Source: an uncultured Candidatus Saccharibacteria bacterium
GTDB lineage: Bacteria; Patescibacteriota; CAZHWT01
Assembly: GCA_964597145.1 (NCBI GenBank)
Contig: CAZQWH010000001.1
Location: forward strand, 102,441 to 166,440
Direction: 5' to 3'
Length of the DNA: 64,000 bases
The notes under the pieces are model-generated. The model was not told the DNA's origin. It did not search any database and saw only the letters and a program-made list of their open reading frames with translations. Within the stretch, counting starts at the first letter, position 1, and every line of letters begins with the position of its first letter. Positions 40,060 to 51,085 of the stretch are shown here, piece by piece. Position numbers and translations under genes: made by a program.

Positions 40060-41130
40060 CTAATTATTGTCGGACTGTAACCGACGCTCAAAGTCATCCA
40101 GGCCATTCGGATTATCGTCGGTAAGACGATACAGCGCCTGGGCCTCGTTAGTAATCTGTCTGAATTCCGGAATCTTTTGGTCTGTACCACGCCGGATCGA
40201 GCTCAGAACATGATCCCGAAACTCGCTAAAGTGGCGACTGCCAACGGCAAGCCGCTCGGCAGGGTCCGTCCAAAAGTGAGGGTACGCTTGCGCGTCAAGG
40301 TAAACTTCTTCGAGGTACCTATTGATGTCAGCCAAGTTCTTTTCGAAGAAGAGCGAATCGCCCTTCCTATCCTTACTGGTCGATCGGAAGTATCTCTCGG
40401 TATATTCCTCAACCAGCTTTAAGCTATGCCGATCATTGGAGCTGTGGATCTTCTCGCGCTTGAGCGCAATGTGGTTGAGCAAATCCTGCACCGACAACGG
40501 CACTTGATGGAGTTGTCGACGTCGGAAGTAAATTGCTCCACCGACTAGCACCACAGACATAGTCGGGATGATAGCCATGATTTGCCAAGCTGACCCTCCT
40601 TCATCTGTAGAGGTTGATGGCGTGCTCGGCTTTGGGGTGGGCACCGGAGTCGGTATCTGCTTTGGCTGTGGGTTTTGTGCCAACCAACCATGCATGTAAT
40701 TGACGAACGTCACCAGCGTGCTAACCGGGTTTCGTGAAACCTCGCCCGCCCGCTGCATCATGTCTGCCGCAACGTTGCTTGGCAGATAAGGCGCATAACC
40801 AATCGTTATATCGCCAACGGCCAGACCAATAATGCGCTGGTCTCCCAGCAGTTCCGATAGGGTTGTGGCGATTTCGAGCGGACTTAGGTCGAGGTCTTCA
40901 GCTGCGATAGCTGGAAGAATAACCAGAACGATACGATCGTCCGTAGTTAAGATCTTTTTCAGCTCTAAAGCAGCGCTGGAGTCGATGTTCTCGGTGCCAG
41001 GAGCTACATAGACGGCCGTCTCTGTTAGAGCATTGGCCGCGTCGGTGATGTAGTCTTGAGCTCGGACTAGGCCTGGCATGAGGCATGCCAGAGCCACGAC
41101 TAAAGCAAGTGCTTTAGTAACGCTTCTCAT
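40060..41130 (-). CDS. Membrane protein: signal peptide, TPM-like ectodomain, PT linker, TM helix, helical XpaC-like cytoplasmic domain
   Basis: AGGAGG RBS; architecture read from the sequence; family names tentative. Confidence 0.6.
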   Translation of the reverse strand: MRSVTKALALVVALACLMPGLVRAQDYITDAANALTETAVYVAPGTENIDSSAALELKKILTTDDRIVLVILPAIAAEDLDLSPLEIATTLSELLGDQRIIGLAVGDITIGYAPYLPSNVAADMMQRAGEVSRNPVSTLVTFVNYMHGWLAQNPQPKQIPTPVPTPKPSTPSTSTDEGGSAWQIMAIIPTMSVVLVGGAIYFRRRQLHQVPLSVQDLLNHIALKREKIHSSNDRHSLKLVEEYTERYFRSTSKDRKGDSLFFEKNLADINRYLEEVYLDAQAYPHFWTDPAERLAVGSRHFSEFRDHVLSSIRRGTDQKIPEFRQITNEAQALYRLTDDNPNGLDDFERRLQSDNN

Positions 41131-41569
41131 GTTATACCTCCTGTCGCGGGATGTTTTTTGCGGCAATGCGTATTGTGTATATAGCAAACCGCGATCCTTT
41201 CACGTGCGAGGCCTAGATGGAGCACTCCATCATAAGCAACTTATCAAGGTGCAAATTTAACGCTCGGCAGTATAGCACGTTTGCAACGAATTTTCTATAG
41301 GCCTATTAAAACAGGACTGGTTACAAAACTCGCTTTCAATTCAAAACCTCAGAATCACCTAAGCTAAAGTGGTGGTCGGCAAGTAGGACATAAGTGGATT
41401 AATAAATAAACAGATAAACGTAAAGGTTCGCCAAATAGTAAACTGCCCAAACAGGCCAACTAGTGAATTACATCAATTGTTTTATTAAATTACCGTCGTT
41501 AATTTAAGTACAGGAAAAATAAGGAGCCCAGACATCTATCCTTGCAAGGCAGATGCCTGGGCATTGTGA

Positions 41570-41923
41570 CTACCCGTCGTAGGGCGTGCCACAGTCGTCG
41601 CTAGCTTCTTGGTCGTCAATGCTCTCCTCGTCCGGCTCGCAATCGGGTTCAACATTTATCCCGATAGTAACTCCGATTATTTCTTTACCGGTGCAGACGA
41701 AAGCCGAAAGTTGTATACGAATGACTTCGGCAATCTCAGCTTGATCCAGGAATTCCCCCAGCTCTTCGGGCTCAGCCCGCTCCAAAAACGTTGTACCGAG
41801 CTGCTCCCACAGCGCCTGGAACGACTCAATATCACTAAGCTCTGTTTCATCATCGGCAGGGCTTCTCGAAACTGGCGAATCCTCAACAACTGGTGGCTGG
41901 CGCTGGTCAGTAGCCGTTTGCAT
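41570..41923 (-). CDS. Highly acidic hypothetical protein
   Basis: AAGGAG upstream; D/E-rich; hairpin terminator at 41526-41563. Confidence 0.6.
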   Translation of the reverse strand: MQTATDQRQPPVVEDSPVSRSPADDETELSDIESFQALWEQLGTTFLERAEPEELGEFLDQAEIAEVIRIQLSAFVCTGKEIIGVTIGINVEPDCEPDEESIDDQEASDDCGTPYDG

Positions 41924-42104
41924 CAGGAGTACTCCTTTAGCTAGACACGTATCCACTCAACCGTGGTTATCGCGGATAATACAGAGCAGACAATATCCTG
42001 TCAAGAATTGACACCCACAATATTTGAAACAAATCCCAAACCAGACCTGCCCGCCATGCTTTCGCTGGCCAAGCAGGCAGGTTGCCGCAGTCGTTATCAC
42101 TCCT

Positions 42105-42384
42105 CATTCAAACCTAATCCTTCAACCATGAGCTTGAGACCGTCGAATGGGTGATGAGGCTTGAGTCTTTAGAGTCCAACAGCTTCACCATGACGTATAC
42201 TAACCTTCTCCAGCATCCAGCATCCAGCATCCAGCATCCAGCATCCAGCATCCAGCATCCCGACACCCTCCCCGTCATTCTGTCATTCGGCTCTGATCTC
42301 TAGCGACCTCATCGCTCAGACTCGAAGAGGAACGCAGTGTATTTTAGACGCGAAGCGGCTCGTGCTTTAGCACATAGAATCCCC
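42105..42384. repeat. Dispersed composite repeat Y with (CCAGCAT)x7
   Basis: attcaa.cctaatccttcaaccatgagcttgagac shared with 35977; seven tandem heptamers at 42210-42258; REP tail shared with 59294-59353. Confidence 0.85.
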
Positions 42385-42441
42385 TCTACGCTCTACGCTC
42401 TCTCCGGCCTCCTCCACCCATAAATGCGCTCAATATCGGGG

Positions 42442-42470
42442 TTGACTCGCACGGTTTTTTTGGTTATAAT
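42442..42470 (+). promoter_or_regulatory. sigma70 promoter of the str operon
   Basis: TTGACT-17-TATAAT with TG upstream. Confidence 0.85.
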
Positions 42471-42601
42471 CCCGTCTGTTGAGCCCCTCTTGAGATGGGG
42501 GTCTTTTTTGACTGGTGGGTATCTGCCTGCTGTTTATCTCAGAAATAAGATTGAAAAACAAACAAGGGTTTTTAGTAAACAAGTAGAAAGTTATTTTATT
42601 T

Positions 42602-43036
42602 ATGCCAACAATTAATCAGTTAGTCCGCAAGGGACGTGGCCACAAATCATCAAAAGTTAAGGCGGCAGCTTTCCGCCGCAGCTTTAACGCAATTAAGCGA
42701 AAGGCTGTTGAAACTAACAGTCCTCAAAAGCGCGGCGTGTGTACGATTGTTAAAACCATGACCCCTAAGAAGCCTAACTCAGCTCTGCGTAAGGTAGCTA
42801 GGGTGCGACTCTCTAACCGGTCTGAAGTGACTGCGTATATTCCAGGCGAAGGTCACAATTTGCAGGAACACTCAATTGTATTGGTTCGGGGCGGTAAAGT
42901 AAAAGACTTGCCAGGCGTAAAGTATCACATTGTTCGCGGCGTCTTAGATGCCAAAGGTGTTGAGAAGCGCGGCAAAGCCCGATCCAAATATGGAACTAAA
43001 AGAATAGCAGGAGCACAAGCGGCTAAAGCCTCTTAA
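42602..43036 (+). CDS. rpsL: 30S ribosomal protein S12
   Basis: [31 protein letters not shown]. Confidence 0.99.
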   Translation: MPTINQLVRKGRGHKSSKVKAAAFRRSFNAIKRKAVETNSPQKRGVCTIVKTMTPKKPNSALRKVARVRLSNRSEVTAYIPGEGHNLQEHSIVLVRGGKVKDLPGVKYHIVRGVLDAKGVEKRGKARSKYGTKRIAGAQAAKAS

Positions 43037-43047
43037 GGAAATAAACT

Positions 43048-43515
43048 ATGCGTGGTAAACGAGCCCCAAAACGAATCATTGCCCCAGACCCAGTCTATAA
43101 TTCACGGGTCATTAATAAATTTATTAACCGAGTTATGATTGGTGGTAAAAAGACCGTTGCCCAAGGTATAGTCTATGGGGCAATGGATCAGTTAAAGCAA
43201 ATGGGTGAAGCTGAGCCTCTGGTCACCTTTGAGACTGCTATGCGTAACGTAGCTCCGCGCCAGGAGGTAAAATCCCGCCGAGTTGGTGGCTCTAGTTACC
43301 AAGTACCAGTTGAAGTCCGAGGCGAGCGCCGGGATGCCCTAGCTGCCCGCTGGATTATTGCGTTCGCGAAAAAGCGACCAGGAAAATCGATGAAAGAACG
43401 CTTAGCTGGGGAACTCTTAGATGCTTCCAAGAATACTGGGGCTGCAGTCAAGCGGCGCGAAGACATGCAAAAGATGGCCGATGCCAACCGGGCCTTCTCT
43501 CACTTTAAATCTTAA
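43048..43515 (+). CDS. rpsG: 30S ribosomal protein S7
   Basis: [25 protein letters not shown]. Confidence 0.99.
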   Translation: MRGKRAPKRIIAPDPVYNSRVINKFINRVMIGGKKTVAQGIVYGAMDQLKQMGEAEPLVTFETAMRNVAPRQEVKSRRVGGSSYQVPVEVRGERRDALAARWIIAFAKKRPGKSMKERLAGELLDASKNTGAAVKRREDMQKMADANRAFSHFKS

Positions 43516-43627
43516 TTGCCTAGCAAATAAGATTTAGCGCTTAGTGTCTAGCAATTTAGATACAAATACGTATAAAAATACTTATAACTACGGACTAAGA
43601 ACTATAAACTAATAACTTCTTATATAT

Positions 43628-45715
43628 ATGGCAAGATCACACACTCTCGACAAAATTCGCAACATTGGTATTATTGCCCACATTGATGCGGGTAAGACCA
43701 CTACAACCGAGCGCATTCTGTTTTACACCGGAAAGAACTACAAGATTGGCGAGACCCACGAAGGTTCAGCCACTATGGACTGGATGGAGCAAGAGCAGGA
43801 GCGCGGAATTACCATTACTTCCGCAGCTACCACTTGTTTCTGGAACGATCACCGTATCAACATTATTGACACCCCTGGTCACGTCGATTTTACCGCTGAG
43901 GTAGAGCGTAGCTTGCGCGTCTTAGATGGTGGCGTAACCGTGTTTGATGGGGTAGCTGGTGTAGAGCCTCAGTCCGAAACCGTCTGGCGCCAAGCCGATA
44001 AATACAATGTGCCTCGGATTTGTTTCGTTAATAAGATGGATCGCATGGGAGCCGACTTTAAGCACTGTGTTGAAACAATTAAGGACCGGTTGGGAGCAAA
44101 ACCAGCGGTAATTCAACTGCCAATTGGCGCTGAAGATACCTTTAAAGGTGTTGTCTTGGTTCTCGAACAAAAAGCCCGTATTTATAAAGATGATCTCGGT
44201 AAAGAGATAGATGAAATTGACATTCCAGCCGAGATGCAAGCCGATGCCGAAAAATACCGAGCCGAGCTCATTGAGCAAATTGCCGAGGCTAACGACGAGC
44301 TATTAGAAAAGTACTTAGCCGGTGAGGAATTAACCATCGACGAATTAAGAGCTGGCTTGCGCAAGGCGACGATTAACAATGAGCTCTATCCGGTTATGTG
44401 CGGCTCAGCGCTCAAGAACAAAGGAGTACAGTTGTTATTGGATGCGGTATTAGACTATTTGCCATCCCCTATTGATGTACCCGCCATTCAGGCACATAAG
44501 AGCAATGACGAAGATGCCGAAGTAGTGGTTGAAACAAAAGATGATGCGCCATTTGTCGCTTTAGCGTTTAAAATCATGTCGGACCCATTTGTTGGTCGAT
44601 TAACCTTCTTCCGAGTTTACTCTGGAGTATTGAGTTCTGGATCCTATGTGACCAACTCCTCCAAGGGAGCCAAAGAACGAGTTGGCCGAATCTTGCAGAT
44701 GCATGCCAATCACCGCGAAGAGATTGACCAAGTCTATGCTGGCGACATCGCCGCCGCAGTTGGGCTCAAGGAAACAATTACCGGCGATACCTTAACCGTT
44801 GAGGGAGGTAGTGTCGTCCTCGAGAGTATTAAGTTCCCTGAGCCGGTAATTCAGGTAGCCGTTGAGCCAAAGACTAAGGCTGACCAGGAGAAAATGGCAT
44901 TAGCTCTGCGTCGTTTGGCTGAGGAAGATCCAACCTTTACCGTAACTTCAAATACCGAAACCTCTCAAACCTTAATTGCTGGAATGGGTGAGTTGCACCT
45001 CGACATCCTTATTGACCGCATGAAGCGGGAGTACAAGGTAGAAGCCAATGTTGGAGCGCCCCAAGTAGCCTTCCGTGAAACCATTAAAAAATCGGTTGAG
45101 CAAGAAGGTAAGTATATTAAGCAGTCTGGCGGCCGAGGTCAGTATGGCCATGTTTGGTTGCGACTAGAACCCAAAAACCCAGGCGAAGGCAATGAATTTG
45201 CCAACGCGGTGGTGGGTGGCTCAGTGCCTCGTGAATACATTCCAGCCGTAGAAAAAGGTGTTCAAGAAGCTTGGGACACTGGTGTGCTAGCTGGTTATCC
45301 GCTGGTCGACACCAAAGTTACCCTCTACGACGGCTCCTACCACGAAGTTGACTCTTCCGAGGTAGCCTTTAAAGTTGCCGCCTCAATGGCCGTTAAAGAC
45401 GGAGCCCGTAAGGCAGACGCGGCCATTTTGGAGCCAGTGATGAAAGTTGAAGTAACCACTCCCGAAGACTTCATGGGAGATGTGATTGGTGACTTAAATA
45501 GTAAGCGTGGTCAAATTCAGGAAATGGAACAGCGTGGTAATGTCCGGGTGGTCCATGCCAATGTACCGCTAGCCGAAATGTTTGGATATTCAACCCAACT
45601 TCGAGGCATGACCCAAGGCCGAGCTAGCTACTCTATGGAACCAAGTCATTACCAAGAAGTACCTAAAACAGTTGCCCAAGAGATTATCTCATCACGTGGG
45701 CAGCAATCGAGTTGA
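43628..45715 (+). CDS. fusA: Elongation factor G
   Basis: [35 protein letters not shown]. Confidence 0.99.
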   Translation: MARSHTLDKIRNIGIIAHIDAGKTTTTERILFYTGKNYKIGETHEGSATMDWMEQEQERGITITSAATTCFWNDHRINIIDTPGHVDFTAEVERSLRVLDGGVTVFDGVAGVEPQSETVWRQADKYNVPRICFVNKMDRMGADFKHCVETIKDRLGAKPAVIQLPIGAEDTFKGVVLVLEQKARIYKDDLGKEIDEIDIPAEMQADAEKYRAELIEQIAEANDELLEKYLAGEELTIDELRAGLRKATINNELYPVMCGSALKNKGVQLLLDAVLDYLPSPIDVPAIQAHKSNDEDAEVVVETKDDAPFVALAFKIMSDPFVGRLTFFRVYSGVLSSGSYVTNSSKGAKERVGRILQMHANHREEIDQVYAGDIAAAVGLKETITGDTLTVEGGSVVLESIKFPEPVIQVAVEPKTKADQEKMALALRRLAEEDPTFTVTSNTETSQTLIAGMGELHLDILIDRMKREYKVEANVGAPQVAFRETIKKSVEQEGKYIKQSGGRGQYGHVWLRLEPKNPGEGNEFANAVVGGSVPREYIPAVEKGVQEAWDTGVLAGYPLVDTKVTLYDGSYHEVDSSEVAFKVAASMAVKDGARKADAAILEPVMKVEVTTPEDFMGDVIGDLNSKRGQIQEMEQRGNVRVVHANVPLAEMFGYSTQLRGMTQGRASYSMEPSHYQEVPKTVAQEIISSRGQQSS

Positions 45716-45869
45716 CGTGAACATATAAAATCAGATAGAGTGTCTCGAGTTTGAGAAACAGCAACTAGTCTAGTCAAGTTAGTGGTTGTTTCTCCAACTC
45801 GGGCCTCTTACTTAGTCCTTTAGAGGCTGGGGAAACATTTAACTATTTTATTTTATAAGGAGGCCACAT

Positions 45870-47069
45870 ATGGCAGAAAAATTTGAGCGAAATAAGCCAC
45901 ATAAAAATGTGGGCACCATTGGTCACGTTGACCATGGTAAAACTACCTTAACCGCGGCTATTACCAAGGTTTTGGAAAGCAAAGGTGGGGCAAAATTTAA
46001 AGCCTACGATGCTATCGATGGCGCACCAGAGGAAAAGGCTCGGGGTATTACCATCTCTATCTCGCACACCGAGTATGAGACCGACAAGTACCACTACGCC
46101 CACATCGATGCTCCTGGGCACGCCGACTACATTAAGAACATGATTACCGGTGCAGCCCAAATGGATGGTGCTATTTTGGTAGTATCCGCCGCTGATGGCC
46201 CAATGCCACAAACCCGTGAGCACATCTTGCTAGCTAAGCAGGTAAACGTGCCACGTATTGTAGTCTTCATGAACAAGATGGATCAAGTTTCAGATCCAGA
46301 ATTGGCCGACTTGGTTGAAATGGAAATCCGCGAACTATTAAGTAAGCAGGGTTTTGACGGCGACAATACTCCAGTATTGCGTGGTAGTGCATTACAGGTT
46401 CTAGAATCGGATAAGATCGACGATGCCGATCCAAATGTTAAGGCTATTTTAGACTTAATGGATGCCGTCGACGAGTACATTCCTGTACCAGAGCGACCAG
46501 TTGACCAGCCATTCTTAATGCCTATCGAAGATGTTTTCACCATCTCTGGTCGTGGTACTGTAGCCACCGGTCGTATTGAGCGCGGTGTCGTTAAAGTAAA
46601 CGAAGAAGTTGAAATCGTTGGTATGGGCGAAAAGGTAAGCAAGACTGTTGTCACGGGCGTCGAAATGTTCAAGAAGATGCTCGATGAAGGTCAAGCTGGA
46701 GACAACGTTGGTCTACTGCTACGAGGCGTTAACCGCGAAGATATTGAGCGCGGCCAAGTATTAGCCAAGCCAGGCAGCATTAAGCCCCATGTTGAATTTG
46801 AGGCCCAAGTCTATGTCCTTAAGAAGGAAGAAGGCGGACGCCATACTCCATTCCTTAAGGGTTACCGACCTCAGTTCTACCTTCGAACTACCGATGTAAC
46901 TGGTGAAGTTACACTGCCAGAAGGCAAAGAAATGGTTATGCCAGGCGATGACGTAACCATGAACGTTAAGTTGATTGTTCCTGTGGCCTTAGAAGAAGGA
47001 TTGCGTTTCGCCATCCGAGAAGGTGGACGAACCGTTGGAGCTGGTGTAGTTACTAAGGTTATTGCGTAA
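45870..47069 (+). CDS. tuf: Elongation factor Tu
   Basis: [37 protein letters not shown]. Confidence 0.99.
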   Translation: MAEKFERNKPHKNVGTIGHVDHGKTTLTAAITKVLESKGGAKFKAYDAIDGAPEEKARGITISISHTEYETDKYHYAHIDAPGHADYIKNMITGAAQMDGAILVVSAADGPMPQTREHILLAKQVNVPRIVVFMNKMDQVSDPELADLVEMEIRELLSKQGFDGDNTPVLRGSALQVLESDKIDDADPNVKAILDLMDAVDEYIPVPERPVDQPFLMPIEDVFTISGRGTVATGRIERGVVKVNEEVEIVGMGEKVSKTVVTGVEMFKKMLDEGQAGDNVGLLLRGVNREDIERGQVLAKPGSIKPHVEFEAQVYVLKKEEGGRHTPFLKGYRPQFYLRTTDVTGEVTLPEGKEMVMPGDDVTMNVKLIVPVALEEGLRFAIREGGRTVGAGVVTKVIA

Positions 47070-47189
47070 TCGCACAAGAATCATCTGGGAAAAGGGGGCG
47101 GGTAGATGAAATTACTCGCCTCCAACCCGGATAAAACTCGCAAGAAAGGCTTGCATCTGAAGTAAATTTAGTGTATAAGGTATCAAGTT

Positions 47190-47498
47190 ATGGCAAAAGG
47201 ACGAATTCGAGTTAGATTAAAATCTTACGACAGCAAAGTACTAGACCAAACCTCCGAAGAGATCTTGGATACTGCTTTGCGAACTGGAGCAAAGATTGCC
47301 GGCCCGGTGCCGTTGCCAACTGATATCCAGCGCTTTACCGTAATCCGATCGCCTCATATCGATAAAGATTCACGTGAAGCATTTGAAATGCGCACTCACA
47401 AGCGCTTGATTGATATTTTGGAACCAACACCAAAGACTATTGATTCCTTAATGCACTTAACCGTGCCAGCCGGAGTTAACATCGAAGTCAAAATGTAG
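47190..47498 (+). CDS. rpsJ: 30S ribosomal protein S10
   Basis: [29 protein letters not shown]. Confidence 0.99.
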   Translation: MAKGRIRVRLKSYDSKVLDQTSEEILDTALRTGAKIAGPVPLPTDIQRFTVIRSPHIDKDSREAFEMRTHKRLIDILEPTPKTIDSLMHLTVPAGVNIEVKM

Positions 47499-47500
47499 GA

Positions 47501-47623
47501 TTAACCCTCTCAGTAAGGTACACTTCTGCGTTGACGCTTCCAGTCCGCGTTCGCTGTATCAGGTATGCAGCTCATTTGCGGGCTTCAACGTCGCCTCGAA
47601 TTGCACTTCACTAAGAGCGTTAA
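47501..47623. repeat. 123-bp imperfect palindrome (MITE/REP-like) between rpsJ and rplC
   Basis: ttaac.ctct.agt ... act.agag.gttaa ends; inner gctgtat/atgcagc stem. Confidence 0.65.
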
Positions 47624-47779
47624 GAGATAGAAGTTAAGGTAAAAAATAAAACAGTAAAAAGATTTGGGTTTTACTTGATTGATACGCCAAATGGGGCTGT
47701 CCTTGATTCAAGGAAACGACTATATTGGCTAGTAACTCCCAGGTCTTTTGTTTGCCGATTTTATGAAAGTTTTGAAATT

Positions 47780-48397
47780 ATGCAGCAATTAATGGCTCGA
47801 AAAATTGAAATGACTCAGAGATTCGACGAATCTGGTCGACAACTCCCTATCACCGTGGTCCAAGCTGAGCCAGCCGCCGTCGTACGAATTAAGTCAATGG
47901 AAAAGGACGGCTATTCGGCAGTGCAAGTTGGCTATGGTATTGCTAAAGAGAATAAGCTAACTAAACCAGTGGCTGGATTAGTGAAAACCTTAAGCAATAA
48001 GCCCCGCCGCTTCGTTGAAGAGCACCTAGAAGTGGTTGACGGCATCCAAATCGGTCAAACCATTGCCATAGAAGATGTGTTACAGGTGGGCGACATCGTG
48101 TCAGTCACCGGGTTTTCTAAAGGTAAAGGCTTCCAAGGTGGTGTGAAGCGTTGGGGGTTTGGTGGTGGTCCTAAGACCCACGGTCAAAGCGATCGTCATC
48201 GTGCACCCGGAAGTATTGGTGCGGGTACTTCACCTGGCCGAGTTTGGAAGGGTAAAAAAATGGCTGGCCACATGGGTAATAAGCAAATTACCACGGCTGG
48301 TTTGCAAGTAGTCGCCATCGAGGGCAACAAGATTATGCTAAAAGGGGCAGTCCCGGGAGCCCGACAGTCTTGGGTGGTGTTGAGAAAGCAAGGGTAA
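47780..48397 (+). CDS. rplC: 50S ribosomal protein L3
   Basis: SKGKGFQGGVKRWGF, THGQSDRHRAPGSIG. Confidence 0.98.
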   Translation: MQQLMARKIEMTQRFDESGRQLPITVVQAEPAAVVRIKSMEKDGYSAVQVGYGIAKENKLTKPVAGLVKTLSNKPRRFVEEHLEVVDGIQIGQTIAIEDVLQVGDIVSVTGFSKGKGFQGGVKRWGFGGGPKTHGQSDRHRAPGSIGAGTSPGRVWKGKKMAGHMGNKQITTAGLQVVAIEGNKIMLKGAVPGARQSWVVLRKQG

Positions 48398-48403
48398 TAG
48401 ATT

Positions 48404-49183
48404 ATGACTATTGATGTATTAGACCAAACTGGTAAAAAGCTGGACGCCATCACCCTAAACAAGGCAATTTTTGGGGCTCCAGTAGTACCTTCATTAATTG
48501 CTCAGGCGATTCGGGTGCGATTAATCAACGCTCGAACCGGTACGGCCCATACCAAGACTCGCGATGAAATATCTGGTGGTGGACGTAAACCTTGGCGTCA
48601 AAAAGGAACAGGTCGAGCCCGACATGGTTCAACCCGAAGTCCAATTTGGCGTGGTGGTGGAATTACTCATGGTCCACGGTTTCACAAACCATCAGTTTCA
48701 ATGCCAACTGCCATGCGTCGTGCCGCCTTATTTGCGGCGTTAACCGACAAACTACAGCAGAAAAGCATTGTAGTTTTAGATAAATTAAGTGTCAAAGAGG
48801 TTAAGACAAAAGAAATTGCCACCATAGTGGCCGCCTTGCCGGTCGACCGGACTGCCTTAGTGGTTGTACCAGCCAAAGACGAAAAGTTACAGCGAGCCAT
48901 GTCCAACTTGCCTCAGATTAAGCTAATGCAGGCCTCAGTCCTGCATCCCTATGAAATTTTGAAATACCGTACGGTAATTTTCTTGCAAGATAGCTTACCA
49001 GTGTTAGAAAAAACATTCTTAGATAAAACCGTCGCTGAAAAGTCTGACTCAGGTAATGATCAGCCTACAGACGAAATCAATCCAAAGCAGGCAAAGCCCC
49101 GATCAAGGAGTAGTCGCTCCATAGATGAGGCTAAGAAACCGGCTCAGACTAAAACGACAGCTAAGGCTAAGAAGGCAGAATAA
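48404..49183 (+). CDS. rplD: 50S ribosomal protein L4 with C-terminal extension
   Basis: GGGRKPWRQKGTGRARHGS. Confidence 0.98.
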   Translation: MTIDVLDQTGKKLDAITLNKAIFGAPVVPSLIAQAIRVRLINARTGTAHTKTRDEISGGGRKPWRQKGTGRARHGSTRSPIWRGGGITHGPRFHKPSVSMPTAMRRAALFAALTDKLQQKSIVVLDKLSVKEVKTKEIATIVAALPVDRTALVVVPAKDEKLQRAMSNLPQIKLMQASVLHPYEILKYRTVIFLQDSLPVLEKTFLDKTVAEKSDSGNDQPTDEINPKQAKPRSRSSRSIDEAKKPAQTKTTAKAKKAE

Positions 49184-49186
49184 ATT

Positions 49187-49483
49187 ATGAACACGATCAA
49201 TATATTAGTACAACCAGTAATCTCGGAGAAAGCGGTTGGTTTAGCTGCCTTAAATCAGTATTCCTTCGTGGTTGACGCCCGAGCTTCTAAAAACGAGATT
49301 AAAAAAGCAGTTGAGCGCTTTTATCGTGTAGAAGTAATTAATGTCTCAACAGCTCAATATCGGAGCGCTCCGCAACGTCAGACGAAGAAGCGGGTTGAAA
49401 ACCCAGGTGCAATGCATAAAAAGGCGTATGTCACCTTAAAAGCTGGCCAAAGCCTCGACTTGCTTGAGGTAGAGGAGAATTAA
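49187..49483 (+). CDS. rplW: 50S ribosomal protein L23
   Basis: [23 protein letters not shown]. Confidence 0.97.
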   Translation: MNTINILVQPVISEKAVGLAALNQYSFVVDARASKNEIKKAVERFYRVEVINVSTAQYRSAPQRQTKKRVENPGAMHKKAYVTLKAGQSLDLLEVEEN

Positions 49484-49485
49484 TC

Positions 49486-50313
49486 ATGGCAATTAAGACC
49501 TATCGACCACTAACACCAGGACAACGCTTTAAAACCGGTTTAGTCCATACCGAATTGACTAAAAAGGTGAAACCGCTAAAGAGTAAAACCCGCGGCCTAA
49601 AGAGTGTGGCCGGACGCAATGCTTCGGGACGCATCACTGTTCGTCACCAAGGCGGAGGCCATAAGCGGAAATTCCGCGAAATCGACTTGCGTCGCGACAA
49701 GCTTGGCATACCAGGCACCGTCACCACAATTGAGTACGATCCAAACCGGTCGGCTCATATTGCTTTGGTAACGTATGCCGATGGAGACAAGCGGTACATT
49801 CTGGCGCCGGATCAAATTAAAGTTGGACAAAAGGTGATGTCGGGAGAAAAAGCAGAGATTAGTATTGGTAATACCTTGCCTTTGGCTAATATTCCACTCG
49901 GCACCGTCGTCCATAATATTGAATTAACCCCCGGTAAAGGCGGCCAAATGGCCCGATCGGCCGGTTCCTCGGTGCAATTAATGTCGAAGGATAATGGTAA
50001 GGCTCAGCTAAAAATGCCAAGCGGCGAAGTTCGTCAGGTAAACTTGTCATGCTGTGCTACAATTGGTGTCGTTGGTAATACTCAGCACGGAACAATCAAG
50101 ATTGGTAAAGCCGGTCGCAACCGACACAAGGGTATCCGCCCTGCAGTTCGCGGTGTAGCCATGGCCCCCAATGCTCACCCTCATGGTGGTGGTGAAGGTA
50201 AGTCTGGTATTGGTATGGCACCAAAGACTCCTTGGGGTAAAAAAGCCATGGGTCTCCGCACCCGCAAGAAGAATAAAGCTTCGAATAAATCGATTATTCG
50301 ACGTAGGAAATAA
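49486..50313 (+). CDS. rplB: 50S ribosomal protein L2
   Basis: [21 protein letters not shown]. Confidence 0.99.
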   Translation: MAIKTYRPLTPGQRFKTGLVHTELTKKVKPLKSKTRGLKSVAGRNASGRITVRHQGGGHKRKFREIDLRRDKLGIPGTVTTIEYDPNRSAHIALVTYADGDKRYILAPDQIKVGQKVMSGEKAEISIGNTLPLANIPLGTVVHNIELTPGKGGQMARSAGSSVQLMSKDNGKAQLKMPSGEVRQVNLSCCATIGVVGNTQHGTIKIGKAGRNRHKGIRPAVRGVAMAPNAHPHGGGEGKSGIGMAPKTPWGKKAMGLRTRKKNKASNKSIIRRRK

Positions 50314-50315
50314 TT

Positions 50316-50597
50316 ATGTCACGATCTAGTAAAAAAGGTCCGTACGTGGACGAAAAATTAATGCAGAAGGTGCAAAAGATGAATGATGCTGGCCGTAAGG
50401 AAGTTATCAAGACCTGGGCTCGCAGTTCATCGATTAGCCCCGACATGGTTGGCCATACGTTTGGAGTACACAATGGTCGAATTCATGTGCCAGTGTTTGT
50501 GACCGAATCAATGGTTGGCCACAAGCTAGGGGAATTCTCATTAACCCGAACCTTTAGGACTCATGCCAAAAAGCAAGCTGGAAAGGCTGGTAAATAA
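50316..50597 (+). CDS. rpsS: 30S ribosomal protein S19
   Basis: [21 protein letters not shown]. Confidence 0.99.
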   Translation: MSRSSKKGPYVDEKLMQKVQKMNDAGRKEVIKTWARSSSISPDMVGHTFGVHNGRIHVPVFVTESMVGHKLGEFSLTRTFRTHAKKQAGKAGK

Positions 50598-51085
50598 TGA
50601 ACGTGGTTGCCACCGCCCGCTATGTACGTCAGTCGCCACGTAAAGTCCGCTTAGTCGCCACAGCGGTTCGTAGTTTGCCGCCAGTGGAGGCGGTCAACGC
50701 TTTGGGTCTCATGAACGCCCGGGCTGCCCAAGTGGTTCAAGATGTGCTAAAATCGGCGATTGCAAATGCAACCAATAATTTTCAACTAGCCGAAGCCGAT
50801 TTGCGCATTGCCACCTTAGAAGTGGGCGAAGGCCCAACCCTTAAGCGAATGCGAGCAGCCAGCAAAGGCCGGGGTGTTTCAGTCTTAAAGCGTACCTCGC
50901 ATGTTCGCGTGGTGCTAACCAACGATCCGGCTGCACCCAAAAGGAGCGCAACGCCACGAAAGAATCGTCAGAATTTGAAAACAACCGTTGAAACTGCTGC
51001 CTCTCAAGCCACAGCTAAGACAACCTCAAAGACCGAGAAGAAAACAACCGCCAGAACAACTAAGGCCACAAAGGAAAGTAAATAA
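50597..51085 (+). CDS. rplV: 50S ribosomal protein L22 with C-terminal extension
   Basis: RQSPRKVRLVA, LKSAIANA, KRTSHV. Confidence 0.98.
   Translation: MNVVATARYVRQSPRKVRLVATAVRSLPPVEAVNALGLMNARAAQVVQDVLKSAIANATNNFQLAEADLRIATLEVGEGPTLKRMRAASKGRGVSVLKRTSHVRVVLTNDPAAPKRSATPRKNRQNLKTTVETAASQATAKTTSKTEKKTTARTTKATKESK

Noticed and set aside
42210-42258. Tandem repeats as a possible CRISPR array
   Set aside because: 7-8 bp units without spacers and no cas genes.
47692-47742. GGGGCTG start resembling the tmRNA 5' end
   Set aside because: No tRNA-like 3' end or tag frame, and too little space before rplC.
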